Of a stretch of 64,000 nucleotides of DNA, positions 54,801 to 63,014 are shown in pieces. Numbering within the stretch: position 1 is the first letter of the stretch; every line of letters starts with the position of its first letter. The position numbers and the translations under genes are program-made. This stretch comes from an uncultured Methanosarcinales archaeon (lineage in GTDB: Archaea > Nanobdellota > Nanobdellia > Woesearchaeales > ARS49). The stretch is taken from assembly GCA_964353335.1 (NCBI GenBank), contig CAYGVI010000003.1, forward strand, positions 263,085 to 327,084, read 5' to 3'. The notes beneath the pieces were generated by a model. The model saw only the letters and a list, made by a program, of their open reading frames with translations, was not told the DNA's origin and did not search any database.

Positions 54801-54908
54801 ATAATTGGAGGGTCCGGCGGGTTTGCCACACCGCTTGCTCTGCTTGGAACAGGGATTTTGTCAGCAGGGACTGATGTTGTGCTGGAGGCTTGGGAGAAAT
54901 GGCCATGA
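51810..54908 (+). CDS. Giant (~1,032 aa) protein with class III signal peptide (pilus-associated adhesin candidate)
   Basis: Internal ATG 51810 gives 'MHKKGQFAGIPIPIILGIVVILIVSGG'; large extracellular region, central Ala/Lys/Glu-rich helical segment, C-terminal hydrophobic Gly-rich tail. Confidence 0.55.
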   Translation: MHKKGQFAGIPIPIILGIVVILIVSGGLLWSMGGGIAQKIFGERGILPLGQKEGAFVPYTGPPLTEDERKVLNSANALRCALNSVAVGEFRPDDPKVCPPPLESVPQNIVQSPTGQAWVVVTGMAATPKAYDASAVQCTGMAPNRIVAPATEDETLVAITKEILDCKARASVTYSSQDLRCAYIDYKRKADSFSIDEDKLIAFMEKNKAKFPGQEKTIDELLSSANYAWQNLIEIQTTFNKGKISSNPDEVFCVDFRHGTVLNYYISINDCDLDASETFSCSVKDFELPQDVGGTTAKLFLSAYGDPRWLVYYESFPSEAAEYWHKEWSDMFNVWTIATVTASGMLNLAGGAGKGAKAVKAVAEKEAKELAKETGEALAKRGIAEAEKVIINRLAKNGVENTMKAAVMKESFQGIKGVGEEAADEITEVILKSVGTRSGPRAWEKAMEQGVAKQIDDVVEKRIKDVPDAFVKTWRETVPITELTGPGMTGLPDAEIRAKALQAYKESVKKFVIEGKELPEEAIEAGAKRTMSFAGTEVKGGLKELIERDLTKEMSANIIKKRAYENLLSKMITKEGTLDTALFTKNAESAINSLNAIGQINPTGLGKALGGSREILDILLSNSLGGFSTKNFPKIWNPKELFAFITAQSPIKLSGRGFVVGGTAVKTVANMPSWVATHSYPAMLLISWFIAAQDSTNQKFRPVGGNTIAINQPTLLGPTLPLDLTGTAYDFFIQNKDKYGQRMYYVSPCKADLTVYKRKCTCYKNPQLHKFTYPTGTINVEPGSVKPLSGSVLEAKFKTKWEQTAKAVKFENWRAQWNALDAKTKSDVYGDSYDKYALAEYIDEEMDKYDANFFQEVVSPVGGLVKGRSGIITWLAGTQNVQTGLSAQLYGERMKEWYDASHAIKRCDQPGFVKDVMNFGGTLYYSYMAGGNLFDTTMDAEAKKNLENSLLQDEYFKPDCLEIETKVLDGTYCYDSFPKLEWVRNAVTIASLAADAIIIGGSGGFATPLALLGTGILSAGTDVVLEAWEKWP

Positions 54909-55549
54909 AAAAGCTGTTTGCCATACTTTTGGCAATAATCATTGTAATCCTGATTATTCTCGGAACGCGGTGGATTATGCAGCCAAAAATTCACGTGTAC
55001 AGCAACAATCCTGCTGACTGGCTTTCCACTGTTCCAGGCGGCGTAAGTGTTGACGTAAAAGAGGCAACTCGCGGAAAAGGGTCATACAATGACGTTAATG
55101 AGCAGATTTTGGTTCCGGGAATGGGCTTTACTGCATTTGCGTATGAGGGAATTTACAAGAGTAATTTCTTTGGCACTAAGTACATTGATGAAAACGGAAA
55201 GACAATAATGGAAGTGACTCCAAACATGAATCCAAATGATGGAATCCTGCAGGGATTTATGGTTGAGCGGGCTGTTAATGGCACGTTGGAAACCTATATT
55301 TTCATTGATGAGGACTGGCGCAGGGCTCTTGGCAATGACATCAGGATTGTTTGGGGCTCTGATTATTCAAAGAGCAGGCCATTTTCTTTCAGGCAGTTAA
55401 GGACAGGAATTTATCATGATTTTGTGCAGGACGACAGCGGAAGGCTTCAGGCTGAAATAAGCGTTGGCGGGGTCCAAGTTGGAAACATGCAGACAGGCGG
55501 GGTTGACCCTATGCAGGCAGGGAACATAATAATGATGGCAATACATTAG
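54905..55549 (+). CDS. Membrane-anchored protein (pilin-like N-terminus)
   Basis: 'MKKLFAILLAIIIVILIILG'; ATGA overlap with the upstream stop; ~214 aa. Confidence 0.45.
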   Translation: MKKLFAILLAIIIVILIILGTRWIMQPKIHVYSNNPADWLSTVPGGVSVDVKEATRGKGSYNDVNEQILVPGMGFTAFAYEGIYKSNFFGTKYIDENGKTIMEVTPNMNPNDGILQGFMVERAVNGTLETYIFIDEDWRRALGNDIRIVWGSDYSKSRPFSFRQLRTGIYHDFVQDDSGRLQAEISVGGVQVGNMQTGGVDPMQAGNIIMMAIH

Positions 55550-55575
55550 AAAAAGTTAAATACGGGGAAGCAAAA

Positions 55576-55881
55576 ATGATGCTTATGAAGAAGCGCGGAC
55601 AGGGTTTGCCAATCAACACTATCATTCTTGCAGTGCTTGGGCTGGCTGTTCTTGTCATCCTTCTTTTCCTTGTGAGCGGCAAGCTGAGTGAGGGCTCCAA
55701 GAAGTATGGCAATATCACCCAGAGCGCAGAACAGCAGGCAAAGTCACAGGATGTTTGCGAGAGTGTCTTTGCCTATCCGCAGAGAAAGTGCCTTTCTTCA
55801 TCCGAGTGTACCCAAAGGAACGGCTTTGACAGGCCAGGGTACAAGGGCTGTGGTTCTAATGTTTGCTGCGAGCTTGGATAG
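55576..55881 (+). CDS. Small pilin (class III signal peptide), paralog 3
   Basis: 101 aa; 'MMLMKKRGQGLPINTIILAVLGLAVLVILLFLV'; C-terminal 'CGSNVCCELG'; same architecture as 49837/50273. Confidence 0.55.
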   Translation: MMLMKKRGQGLPINTIILAVLGLAVLVILLFLVSGKLSEGSKKYGNITQSAEQQAKSQDVCESVFAYPQRKCLSSSECTQRNGFDRPGYKGCGSNVCCELG

Positions 55882-55917
55882 AAACATTTATATTCTCTTT
55901 TTAACGGCTTTTCCGTC

Positions 55918-56382
55918 ATGGACAAAAGAGGGGAAGTAGAGACTGCGCCGCTGATAGAACTTGTCAATATAGTGCGCTACGTAATCATTTTTCTCATCCT
56001 GCTCTCGATTTTTTACGGCACTTATGCATTGTTTTTCAAGGAAAAATCATCACCACAGCAGCTGGACTGGGACCGTGTTATCAGGGAAATCACTGCCCTT
56101 CCTGAAGGCAGGTCAGTGAATGTCATAACGTCTTCAGAGGGCTACCAGCTTTTCCTTTACGGTGGAAACAATGATGAGCAGCTTTGCGCAAAAAAGCCCT
56201 GCCTGTGCATTGAGCAGCCAGAAAAGCCAAGGAAATGCGCACTGCTTTCAGGTTTCCAGGACAACTGCGCAAACGGGCTTTGCGCCAGGCCGTCAATGTT
56301 CCCTGAGTCAGGAATACTGCCAAAAGGCACCCCTGTCCCAATCTGCAGGCAAAAAAACCAAATAACACTGGGCACGTGCTAA
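55918..56382 (+). CDS. Pilin-like protein (class III-like signal)
   Basis: 154 aa; 'MDKRGEVETAPLIELVNIVRYVIIFLILLSIFYG'; Cys-rich C-terminus. Confidence 0.4.
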   Translation: MDKRGEVETAPLIELVNIVRYVIIFLILLSIFYGTYALFFKEKSSPQQLDWDRVIREITALPEGRSVNVITSSEGYQLFLYGGNNDEQLCAKKPCLCIEQPEKPRKCALLSGFQDNCANGLCARPSMFPESGILPKGTPVPICRQKNQITLGTC

Positions 56383-56383
56383 G

Positions 56384-57298
56384 ATGTTCTCAAAAAAAGC
56401 ATCCTGGGTCGGTCTTGTATTGCATCCGTTATTTGAGACTGCCATCGCCCTGGGCATTGTGCTTCTTTACCTTCTCTGGTTCATACACGGAATAGGCGAA
56501 ACAGCCACGTATGAGAAAAGGTTTTTGTCAACAGACATTCCTTTGCTGATGGACTCAATACTTGCAATGCCGCAGAAAGGAAACCTGTACGCGCTTTACA
56601 ACCCACAGCGCTCGACAGATTTCAGCACAAATTACAGCTTTAGCTTCTTAAAAAACCAGGTAATAATAATGGCAGGACCTGCAGACAAAAAGCAGGTCAC
56701 TGGATATTATACTTCAAAGCCAGGAATATATGTGCAGGAAAAACAGTTTATTGCAAAAGACGCCATGATTGTTCCGCTGTTTATACTGCAGGGAAATGAC
56801 CTGTTGATTGACAATGCGAACAAGCGCGAACTCACATACAACCGCAACATAATGCCCTGCTCAGGCCCAAGATTCCCAGGAACACTGAGCATACAGGGGG
56901 AAAATGCTGCAGCACAGCTTCTTTTGGGCCAGCGCTGGGCTGTAAAGTCAGGCGGAAGCGGTGCTTTCAGCATGCAAATCAAGCAAGGGCAGGAAACTGT
57001 TGTCAAGGCATACTTTAACGCAGAACAGCCTGCAGACCAGCTTGCCCAGAGCAGGCGCATTGCCTGCGAGGTTGCAAATGCAGCAGTGCGCGGGCTTGAC
57101 AAGATAGGCATTGATGTTGCCGGCTCTGCATTCATCCCGATAAATCCCAAGCACACAGGCAGCACTGATGATGACTTCCTGCAGGGGCTTGGTGTTTTGC
57201 TTGAGATTGATACTCCTGAAAAGCTTGACAATGTTCAGACACAGGTAACGCCGCTTGCGCTTGCGGTCGGAGAAGGGGTGCAGAATGCGAAATCGTAA
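56384..57298 (+). CDS. Pilin-like/membrane-anchored protein
   Basis: 304 aa; 'MFSKKASWVGLVLHPLFETAIALGIVLLYLLWF'. Confidence 0.4.
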   Translation: MFSKKASWVGLVLHPLFETAIALGIVLLYLLWFIHGIGETATYEKRFLSTDIPLLMDSILAMPQKGNLYALYNPQRSTDFSTNYSFSFLKNQVIIMAGPADKKQVTGYYTSKPGIYVQEKQFIAKDAMIVPLFILQGNDLLIDNANKRELTYNRNIMPCSGPRFPGTLSIQGENAAAQLLLGQRWAVKSGGSGAFSMQIKQGQETVVKAYFNAEQPADQLAQSRRIACEVANAAVRGLDKIGIDVAGSAFIPINPKHTGSTDDDFLQGLGVLLEIDTPEKLDNVQTQVTPLALAVGEGVQNAKS

Positions 57299-57773
57299 GG
57301 CTGTGCTGGCAGAGGGGGTTATTTTCTGGATGATTTACATCGCTATGACCGGAGTTGTTATTTTCCTGATACGCGCAATCCCATCAACAGTTTACAGCCA
57401 GGCAACAGAGACTTTCGGAATGGAAAACGCAGTGCTCACAGACCGCGTTTACAATGAGGTCGCGTGGGAATCGCCTTTGACGCAGCGCGAATACATTGGC
57501 GAGCTTCCAAAGCTCTCTGACTGGGACACAAAGCGCATCAACAGCGCATTTGACACGCTCGGCGCTCCAAGGCAGCTCAGCTTCAAATTGACTCTTGAGG
57601 GCAAAGAGGCGTATTATGACGAGGCGTTTTACAAGCGCGCAAAGCCATTGTCTCCTGTGCGCTACAAGAGCTTTGTTGAGACGCGCCCTGTCTGGATTGT
57701 GGAAGACAAAAAAATTGCAACACTGGAGATTGACCAGGTGTTTGCGCCAGTGCCTCCTGGAGGGATGGTATGA
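57285..57773 (+). CDS. Pilin-like protein with class III signal peptide
   Basis: Start 'MRNRKAVLAEGVIFWMIYIAMTGVVIFLI' overlaps the upstream gene by 14 nt. Confidence 0.45.
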   Translation: MRNRKAVLAEGVIFWMIYIAMTGVVIFLIRAIPSTVYSQATETFGMENAVLTDRVYNEVAWESPLTQREYIGELPKLSDWDTKRINSAFDTLGAPRQLSFKLTLEGKEAYYDEAFYKRAKPLSPVRYKSFVETRPVWIVEDKKIATLEIDQVFAPVPPGGMV

Positions 57774-58159
57774 ACAGGAAGGCGGCAATGGGAAGGGCAT
57801 TGACAATCCTCATGTCAGCAGGGATTATCGCGCTGTTTTTCTTCATATTCATATTTGTTATTGAAATAGGCACGCCTGGCAAGGCAATGGGTATCAGCGA
57901 AAACCTGAACGGCCTCAGCAGAGAAAGCCAGCTGAGGACAATAATAAGCCATTCTGCAGATGACCTTGCTCAGGCAAAGCCAGGCAGTGTTCCTGAGATG
58001 GTCAAAGAAACATTTGGCAAGGATGCAAAGTTTGCCCTGTATATCAACAACGCAATTGTTTCAGGAGCAAAAGTTGGCAGGGTAACTGCGGCAATTAACA
58101 CAATGCTTCCAAATTATGAGGGCAGCACTGTCAGTGTAAGGCTGGAGGTAGGCTCATGA
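57770..58159 (+). CDS. Pilin-like protein with class III signal peptide
   Basis: 129 aa; 'MNRKAAMGRALTILMSAGIIALFFFIFIFVI'. Confidence 0.45.
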   Translation: MNRKAAMGRALTILMSAGIIALFFFIFIFVIEIGTPGKAMGISENLNGLSRESQLRTIISHSADDLAQAKPGSVPEMVKETFGKDAKFALYINNAIVSGAKVGRVTAAINTMLPNYEGSTVSVRLEVGS

Positions 58160-59022
58160 TTTCCCTTTTGCGCAACAAAAAGGGAATGGACTACGCAGCA
58201 CTTCTTGTCCTTGTGGTTATTATCTGCCTGATGTACCTTTACATCCAGCTGCAGGGCAAGGTAAACACTTTCCAGGTCAGCATTGGCGAATCCCAGATTG
58301 CTGTCCTCAATGCGTATCAGGAAGGGGAAAAGGCATTGCTCTATGTTGACCAGTCTGCAAAATTCTCTGCATACAAAGCACTTGACACCCTTGCCCAGCG
58401 CGCAGGCGTGAAAGAATATGCGTGCGCAGACATAACAGAAGGAGGCAAAAAGATTAATTCTTGGACAAAACAAAATGGAACTATCGATGAATGCCTCGCT
58501 CTTGTCCAGCCGTATGACGCATTTAATGAGCTTATGAACGGCCACATGACAATTTATTCCTCAAAATACACAAATGCATCCCTGCCTGCGAACAATTATG
58601 AGATGCTTGTTCAGAAAGACAGCATCACAGGCACTGCAATCTCTTCTGCTTCGGTTTATCTCAAGCCGCCAACACAATATGCTGCATTCTATGTCTGGTT
58701 CATAAAAGCAGCAGAGGCAGAGCTGAAGAAGGCTGCAATCGGCGAATATGCATTCAAGCCCTCATTCACTGTTCCTGTAAAGGCAGAGCTTGGCATTTAC
58801 GAGAATATGAAAAACGAAGTGAAAGCGTTCTATACGTGCACAAACACAAACTCTATTGATGAATGCGCAAAAGCGCCAAAGCTTTTCACGCTTGCACGCA
58901 GCTCTGAAAACCCTGATTATCTGATTGCAACAGCAAAGAACCCTGTGAGCAACCCGTATGGTGCAATGAGCGACATTGTTTTCGCGATTTCTGCCCCTGT
59001 TGCCCCTGCTGTAACCGCGTAA
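58156..59022 (+). CDS. Pilin-like protein with class III signal peptide
   Basis: 288 aa; 'MISLLRNKKGMDYAALLVLVVIICLMYLY'; last gene of the coupled block. Confidence 0.45.
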   Translation: MISLLRNKKGMDYAALLVLVVIICLMYLYIQLQGKVNTFQVSIGESQIAVLNAYQEGEKALLYVDQSAKFSAYKALDTLAQRAGVKEYACADITEGGKKINSWTKQNGTIDECLALVQPYDAFNELMNGHMTIYSSKYTNASLPANNYEMLVQKDSITGTAISSASVYLKPPTQYAAFYVWFIKAAEAELKKAAIGEYAFKPSFTVPVKAELGIYENMKNEVKAFYTCTNTNSIDECAKAPKLFTLARSSENPDYLIATAKNPVSNPYGAMSDIVFAISAPVAPAVTA

Positions 59023-59070
59023 TACAAAACTATTTATATCCGTTCCTGTTCCTTTGATTTTACAGAGAGG

Positions 59071-60102
59071 GTGGTTAAACTGATAAGGATACCATTTGAT
59101 GAAATGCTCGGCAAGATTGAGCAGAAGACAGGTCTTTCTCCAGCGCAGATTCAGGAAAAGATTGATGCAAAGCTCAACCAGCTCAAAGGATTAATCAGCA
59201 AGGAGGGCGCTGCGCACATCATCGCGAATGAGCTCGGTGTAAAGCTTCTTGAAAACTCAGGCAAGATAAAGGACATTTACGCAGGAATGCACAGTGTTGA
59301 GTTCTCAGGAAAAGTCCAGACAATTTACCCGCTTAACACTTTTGCACGCCAGGACGGCACAGAAGGAAAAGTCTCAAGCTGCATGGTCGCGGATGAGACA
59401 GGAGTCATGCGCGTTGTCGGCTGGGGCGAGCAGGCAGAGCTTGTCAGCAAGCTTGAGCAGGGAAACGTGGTAAAAGTCTCTGGCGGTTTTGCAAAGGACA
59501 ACAACCGCGGATATTCAGAAGTGCACCTTAATGACAAGTCGCACATCATTGTCAATCCTCCGGGAGTAACCCTTGGAGAAGTAAAGACAATCCAGCCAAG
59601 GGCAGCTGCAGTCCGCAAGGAAATCAAGGCTTTGCAGGAAAATGATGAAAACATTGAGCTTCTCGGAACAGTTGTCCAGATTTTTGAGCCAAGATTCTTT
59701 GAAATCTGCCCGACATGCAATGGCAGGGCAAGGGCGCAGGAAGACGGCCAGTTTGTCTGCGAAAAACACAGCGTTGTAAAGCCAGAATATGCTTTTGTGA
59801 TGAATGTTGTCCTTGATGACGGAACAGAAAGCATACGCTGCGTCCTTTTCAGGCAGCAGGCAGAAAGGCTTCTTGGAAAGACAATTGAGCAGATTCTTCC
59901 GATAAGGCAGGCTCCTGAGCAGTTTGAGCCAATAAAGACAGAAATGCTCGGACAGATTGTCAAGCTTGTCGGCAAAGCAAAGAAGAACACTTTCTTTGAC
60001 CGCCTTGAATTCAATGTCCAGATGGTCTTCCCAAACCCAGACGCCAAAGAAGAAATTGCCAGAATGCAGGCAACTGCGCCTGCGCAGTCTCCTTCTCAAT
60101 AG
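59071..60102 (+). CDS. rpa: Replication protein A / archaeal SSB (OB folds plus zinc ribbon)
   Basis: 343 aa; OB-fold regions 'VEFSGKVQTIYPLNTFARQDGTEGKVSSCMVADETGVMRVVGW' and a zinc ribbon 'CPTCNGRARAQEDGQFVCEKH'. Confidence 0.75.
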   Translation: MVKLIRIPFDEMLGKIEQKTGLSPAQIQEKIDAKLNQLKGLISKEGAAHIIANELGVKLLENSGKIKDIYAGMHSVEFSGKVQTIYPLNTFARQDGTEGKVSSCMVADETGVMRVVGWGEQAELVSKLEQGNVVKVSGGFAKDNNRGYSEVHLNDKSHIIVNPPGVTLGEVKTIQPRAAAVRKEIKALQENDENIELLGTVVQIFEPRFFEICPTCNGRARAQEDGQFVCEKHSVVKPEYAFVMNVVLDDGTESIRCVLFRQQAERLLGKTIEQILPIRQAPEQFEPIKTEMLGQIVKLVGKAKKNTFFDRLEFNVQMVFPNPDAKEEIARMQATAPAQSPSQ

Positions 60103-60180
60103 TTCTCGAGGCAGTAGCCGAGAGTCTCTGTGCCTCAGCACCCGAATAAGTATATATAATAGTGTTCCAACCAGGCATTT

Positions 60181-60636
60181 ATGCTTGCGAAGACTCATAT
60201 AGCGTTTGGAATTCTTGCAGGGCTTGTTGCGCTGAAGTATGTCCCGATTTCAAACCAGCTTCTTTTCATCGCGCTTGTGATTGTCGGAGTTTTTCTTCCT
60301 GACATTGACCATTATGACAGCAAGGTAAACAGGTCATTGAAAGTCACAAGAATAATCCCATTGTTTTTCGGCCACAGGGGATTTTTTCACAGCATTTTCG
60401 CAGCCCTGCTTGTGTTTGCGGGATTGTGGTGGTGGCAGGGCTTTATTTACGGCGCAGGAATCTTTGTCGGCTATGTCTCGCACCTAATCAGCGATGCACT
60501 TACAGTTTCAGGAGTCGGCTTTCTCAACCCGATAGCGCACTACAAAGTCCGCGGAGTTGTCCAGACAGGAACAATAACAGAAACATTTGTCTTCTTTCTC
60601 GTCATCGCGCTTGATGCCTGGCTTCTCGTCCACTAA
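60181..60636 (+). CDS. Membrane-bound metal-dependent hydrolase (YdjM/DUF457-like)
   Basis: 151 aa; 'THIAFGILAGL...LPDIDHYDS...GHRGFFHS...HLISD' His/Asp metal ligands within 4 TM helices. Confidence 0.55.
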   Translation: MLAKTHIAFGILAGLVALKYVPISNQLLFIALVIVGVFLPDIDHYDSKVNRSLKVTRIIPLFFGHRGFFHSIFAALLVFAGLWWWQGFIYGAGIFVGYVSHLISDALTVSGVGFLNPIAHYKVRGVVQTGTITETFVFFLVIALDAWLLVH

Positions 60637-61228
60637 ATATCCATACCAAGAACCAGTTTGTCACAAAGAACATTAGTATTCCAATAAATGGCCAGACGTG
60701 GACATAGCCTGGCAGCCATCGCATGCTAATGCAGGCTTGGTGAACGCAGTTAATATTGTAATCAGGCGTGATTATGTAGTAAGATATTATCCAGAGGATT
60801 GCTGCGTGGATTGTTGTGCCAAGCCACGCCCATCTCGCAGGCTTTCCAAGCAAATACATTGCGTAAAGCATCAATGGCACTGTGAAAAGGTGCTGGAGGC
60901 TGATTATGTGCGCCAGAAGAGTGCCGTCAAACATGTATTCTGTGATTCTGAAAATGTAAACGCCAAAGAAAACCTTGCCAATGAAGTCAATCACCCACAG
61001 GCTAAGGGGTATTAATGACCAGTTCAGCATTGCAGTGAGCCAGAACCTGTTCCTGAAAAGCACTGCAAGTCCTGATATTATCATTGCGTGATTGCAGAAC
61101 CAGACAGAATACTGCCATCTTCCAAATACTGAATGCTCAACAAGCACAGTGATGCCCATTAATAGCAAAACCACGCCGATTATGTTCAAAATTCTCTCTT
61201 TTTTGCTATTTTTCAGGTATTTTGCCAT
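60602..61228 (-). CDS. Polytopic membrane protein (hypothetical)
   Basis: Likely start 'MAKYLKNSKKERILNIIGVVLLL'; ~6 TM helices; TATA-like 'tttatata' (minus strand) ~27 nt upstream. Confidence 0.4.
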   Translation of the reverse strand: MAKYLKNSKKERILNIIGVVLLLMGITVLVEHSVFGRWQYSVWFCNHAMIISGLAVLFRNRFWLTAMLNWSLIPLSLWVIDFIGKVFFGVYIFRITEYMFDGTLLAHIISLQHLFTVPLMLYAMYLLGKPARWAWLGTTIHAAILWIISYYIITPDYNINCVHQACISMRWLPGYVHVWPFIGILMFFVTNWFLVWIFSGREARHQAR

Positions 61229-61265
61229 ACACTGGTCACTGGACACGGTCAGATAGCGTATATAA

Positions 61266-61718
61266 ATGAATCGGTCATCTGAGAGTGTGTTGCCAATGCG
61301 CAACTACCCCTCGTCAAAGGTTGGCGAGGGGGACCTCCTCTCCATTTCCAAGGGAGAGATGAAACAAAAGGCGAATAGCAAGAGGTGCTTTATGCAAGCA
61401 ATACCAATGGGCCAACAAACGGCCACAAATACAGGACTGCCCCACATACCGAGTGAGTCAAAGGGGCCTGAGAAAAAGTTCAGGGCAGGAGCTGTCTGCG
61501 CGACAATCTGGAAAAATGACCGCCAGCGCGCAACAGGAGAGAGCTTCTCCTACCACACTATTTCCCTTGAGCGCAGCTACAAGGACAAGGAAGGAAACTG
61601 GAAATCCGCAGGCTCAATGAGGCTGCAGGACCTTCCAAAAGCGGCTTTGGTGCTGCAGGAATCCTACCGCTACCTTGTGCTTAACGGAGCTCAGGCAGAA
61701 GAGGTGGTTGTGGAGTAA
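61266..61718 (+). CDS. Hypothetical protein
   Basis: 150 aa ORF with several candidate starts; no recognisable motifs; followed by a hairpin plus T-tract. Confidence 0.3.
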   Translation: MNRSSESVLPMRNYPSSKVGEGDLLSISKGEMKQKANSKRCFMQAIPMGQQTATNTGLPHIPSESKGPEKKFRAGAVCATIWKNDRQRATGESFSYHTISLERSYKDKEGNWKSAGSMRLQDLPKAALVLQESYRYLVLNGAQAEEVVVE

Positions 61719-61765
61719 TTCCTCGAAGCACGCAAGTGCGAGAGGTGCTCAGCAACAACAGTTGC
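61719..61765 (+). terminator. Hairpin plus T-tract transcription terminator candidate
   Basis: 'gctCAGCAACaacaGTTGCTGac' followed by 'attttttatttttttc'. Confidence 0.35.
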
Positions 61766-61890
61766 TGACATTTTTTATTTTTTTCATTATTTTCGGAAAG
61801 TTTCCGAATCCAAACAAAAATCATTTAAAACGAGGCAGCGTCGATTGATATCGACGGGTCTCATTTTTGAAACAAAAATGAGGTGTAAAA

Positions 61891-62892
61891 ATGACACAAG
61901 TGGTTGAAATCGAAATGGATGAGAACGGGCCAAAGGTTACTTCAAAAAAAGTCCAGTCAGTCGCAGACCTGCCTGGAATAGGTCCTGCAACAATTGAGAA
62001 GCTTGAGGCAGCAGGATTTAGTGACCTTATGAGCATTGCTGTCGCGACTCCTGGAGAACTGGTCGGCGCAACAGAGATGAGCGAGGCAACTGCAAAGAAA
62101 GTTATCGCGATAGCGCGAGCCAATCTTGAAATGGAATTCCTGTCAGGAGAGGAAGTCCTGAAAAAGCGCGAGCAGTGCATCAAGATTACAACAGGAAGCA
62201 AGGAGCTTGACAAGTTAATGGGCGGCGGATTTGAGACTGGCGGAATTTCAGAGGCATATGGCCAGTACGGGGCCGGGAAATCCCAGATTGCCCATGTCCT
62301 TGCAGTTCGCTGCCAATTGCCTGTTGAAAAAGGCGGCGCTGGAGGCGCCTGTGTATTTATTGACACAGAAAGCACTTTCCGCCCTGAAAGAATTGTGCAG
62401 TTTGCAAAAGGGCTTGACCTTGATCCAGAGGAAGTCCTGAAAAACATCAAGGTTGCAAGGGCTTTTAACAGTGACCACCAGGCTTTGCTCGCTGAAAAGG
62501 TTGAGGACCTTATCAAGAAGCACAATGTCCCTGTGAAACTATTGATTGTTGACTCGCTGACAGCCCACTTCCGCGCTGAATTCATCGGCAGGGGGACGCT
62601 CGCTGACAGGCAGCAGAAAATCAACAAACACATGCACGCACTGATGAAGCTCGCTGACAAGTACAACCTTTGCGTTTACGTCACCAATCAGGTCATGGCA
62701 AGGCCAGACACCTTTTTCGGAGACCCGACAGAAGCGATTGGCGGCCACATTGTCGCGCACAACTCAACTTACCGCATCTATCTCAGGCGCGGAAAGAAAG
62801 GAACCCGTGTCGCGAAGATGGTTGACGCGCCAAACCTTCCAGAGTCAGAGGCGACTTTCATGGTTGAAGAGACCGGCATCAAGGACGCGTAA
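61891..62892 (+). CDS. radA: DNA repair and recombination protein RadA
   Basis: 333 aa; N-terminal HhH '[17 protein letters not shown]', Walker A '[12 protein letters not shown]', Walker B '[12 protein letters not shown]'. Confidence 0.9.
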   Translation: MTQVVEIEMDENGPKVTSKKVQSVADLPGIGPATIEKLEAAGFSDLMSIAVATPGELVGATEMSEATAKKVIAIARANLEMEFLSGEEVLKKREQCIKITTGSKELDKLMGGGFETGGISEAYGQYGAGKSQIAHVLAVRCQLPVEKGGAGGACVFIDTESTFRPERIVQFAKGLDLDPEEVLKNIKVARAFNSDHQALLAEKVEDLIKKHNVPVKLLIVDSLTAHFRAEFIGRGTLADRQQKINKHMHALMKLADKYNLCVYVTNQVMARPDTFFGDPTEAIGGHIVAHNSTYRIYLRRGKKGTRVAKMVDAPNLPESEATFMVEETGIKDA

Positions 62893-62915
62893 TTCTTTTT
62901 TATTTTTAATATACA
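62893..62915 (+). terminator. T-rich archaeal terminator candidate
   Basis: 'ttcttttttatttttaat' immediately after the radA stop. Confidence 0.35.
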
Positions 62916-63014
62916 CATAATCTGGTCGTCAAATACATAACTTTTAAAAACTCAGCGCTATAAAACACGGCTATTGCAGTGCCGAGGCATTGCAAGAAAG
63001 CATTTAATTGGTAG

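Noticed and set aside
60181-61228. Possibility that the membrane proteins right after the pilin locus are the prepilin peptidase (PibD/FlaK)
   Set aside because: Neither shows the two conserved Asp-containing motifs of A24 peptidases (including GxGD). 60181..60636 instead has His/Asp metal ligands typical of DUF457 hydrolases. The minus-strand protein has no diagnostic motif.
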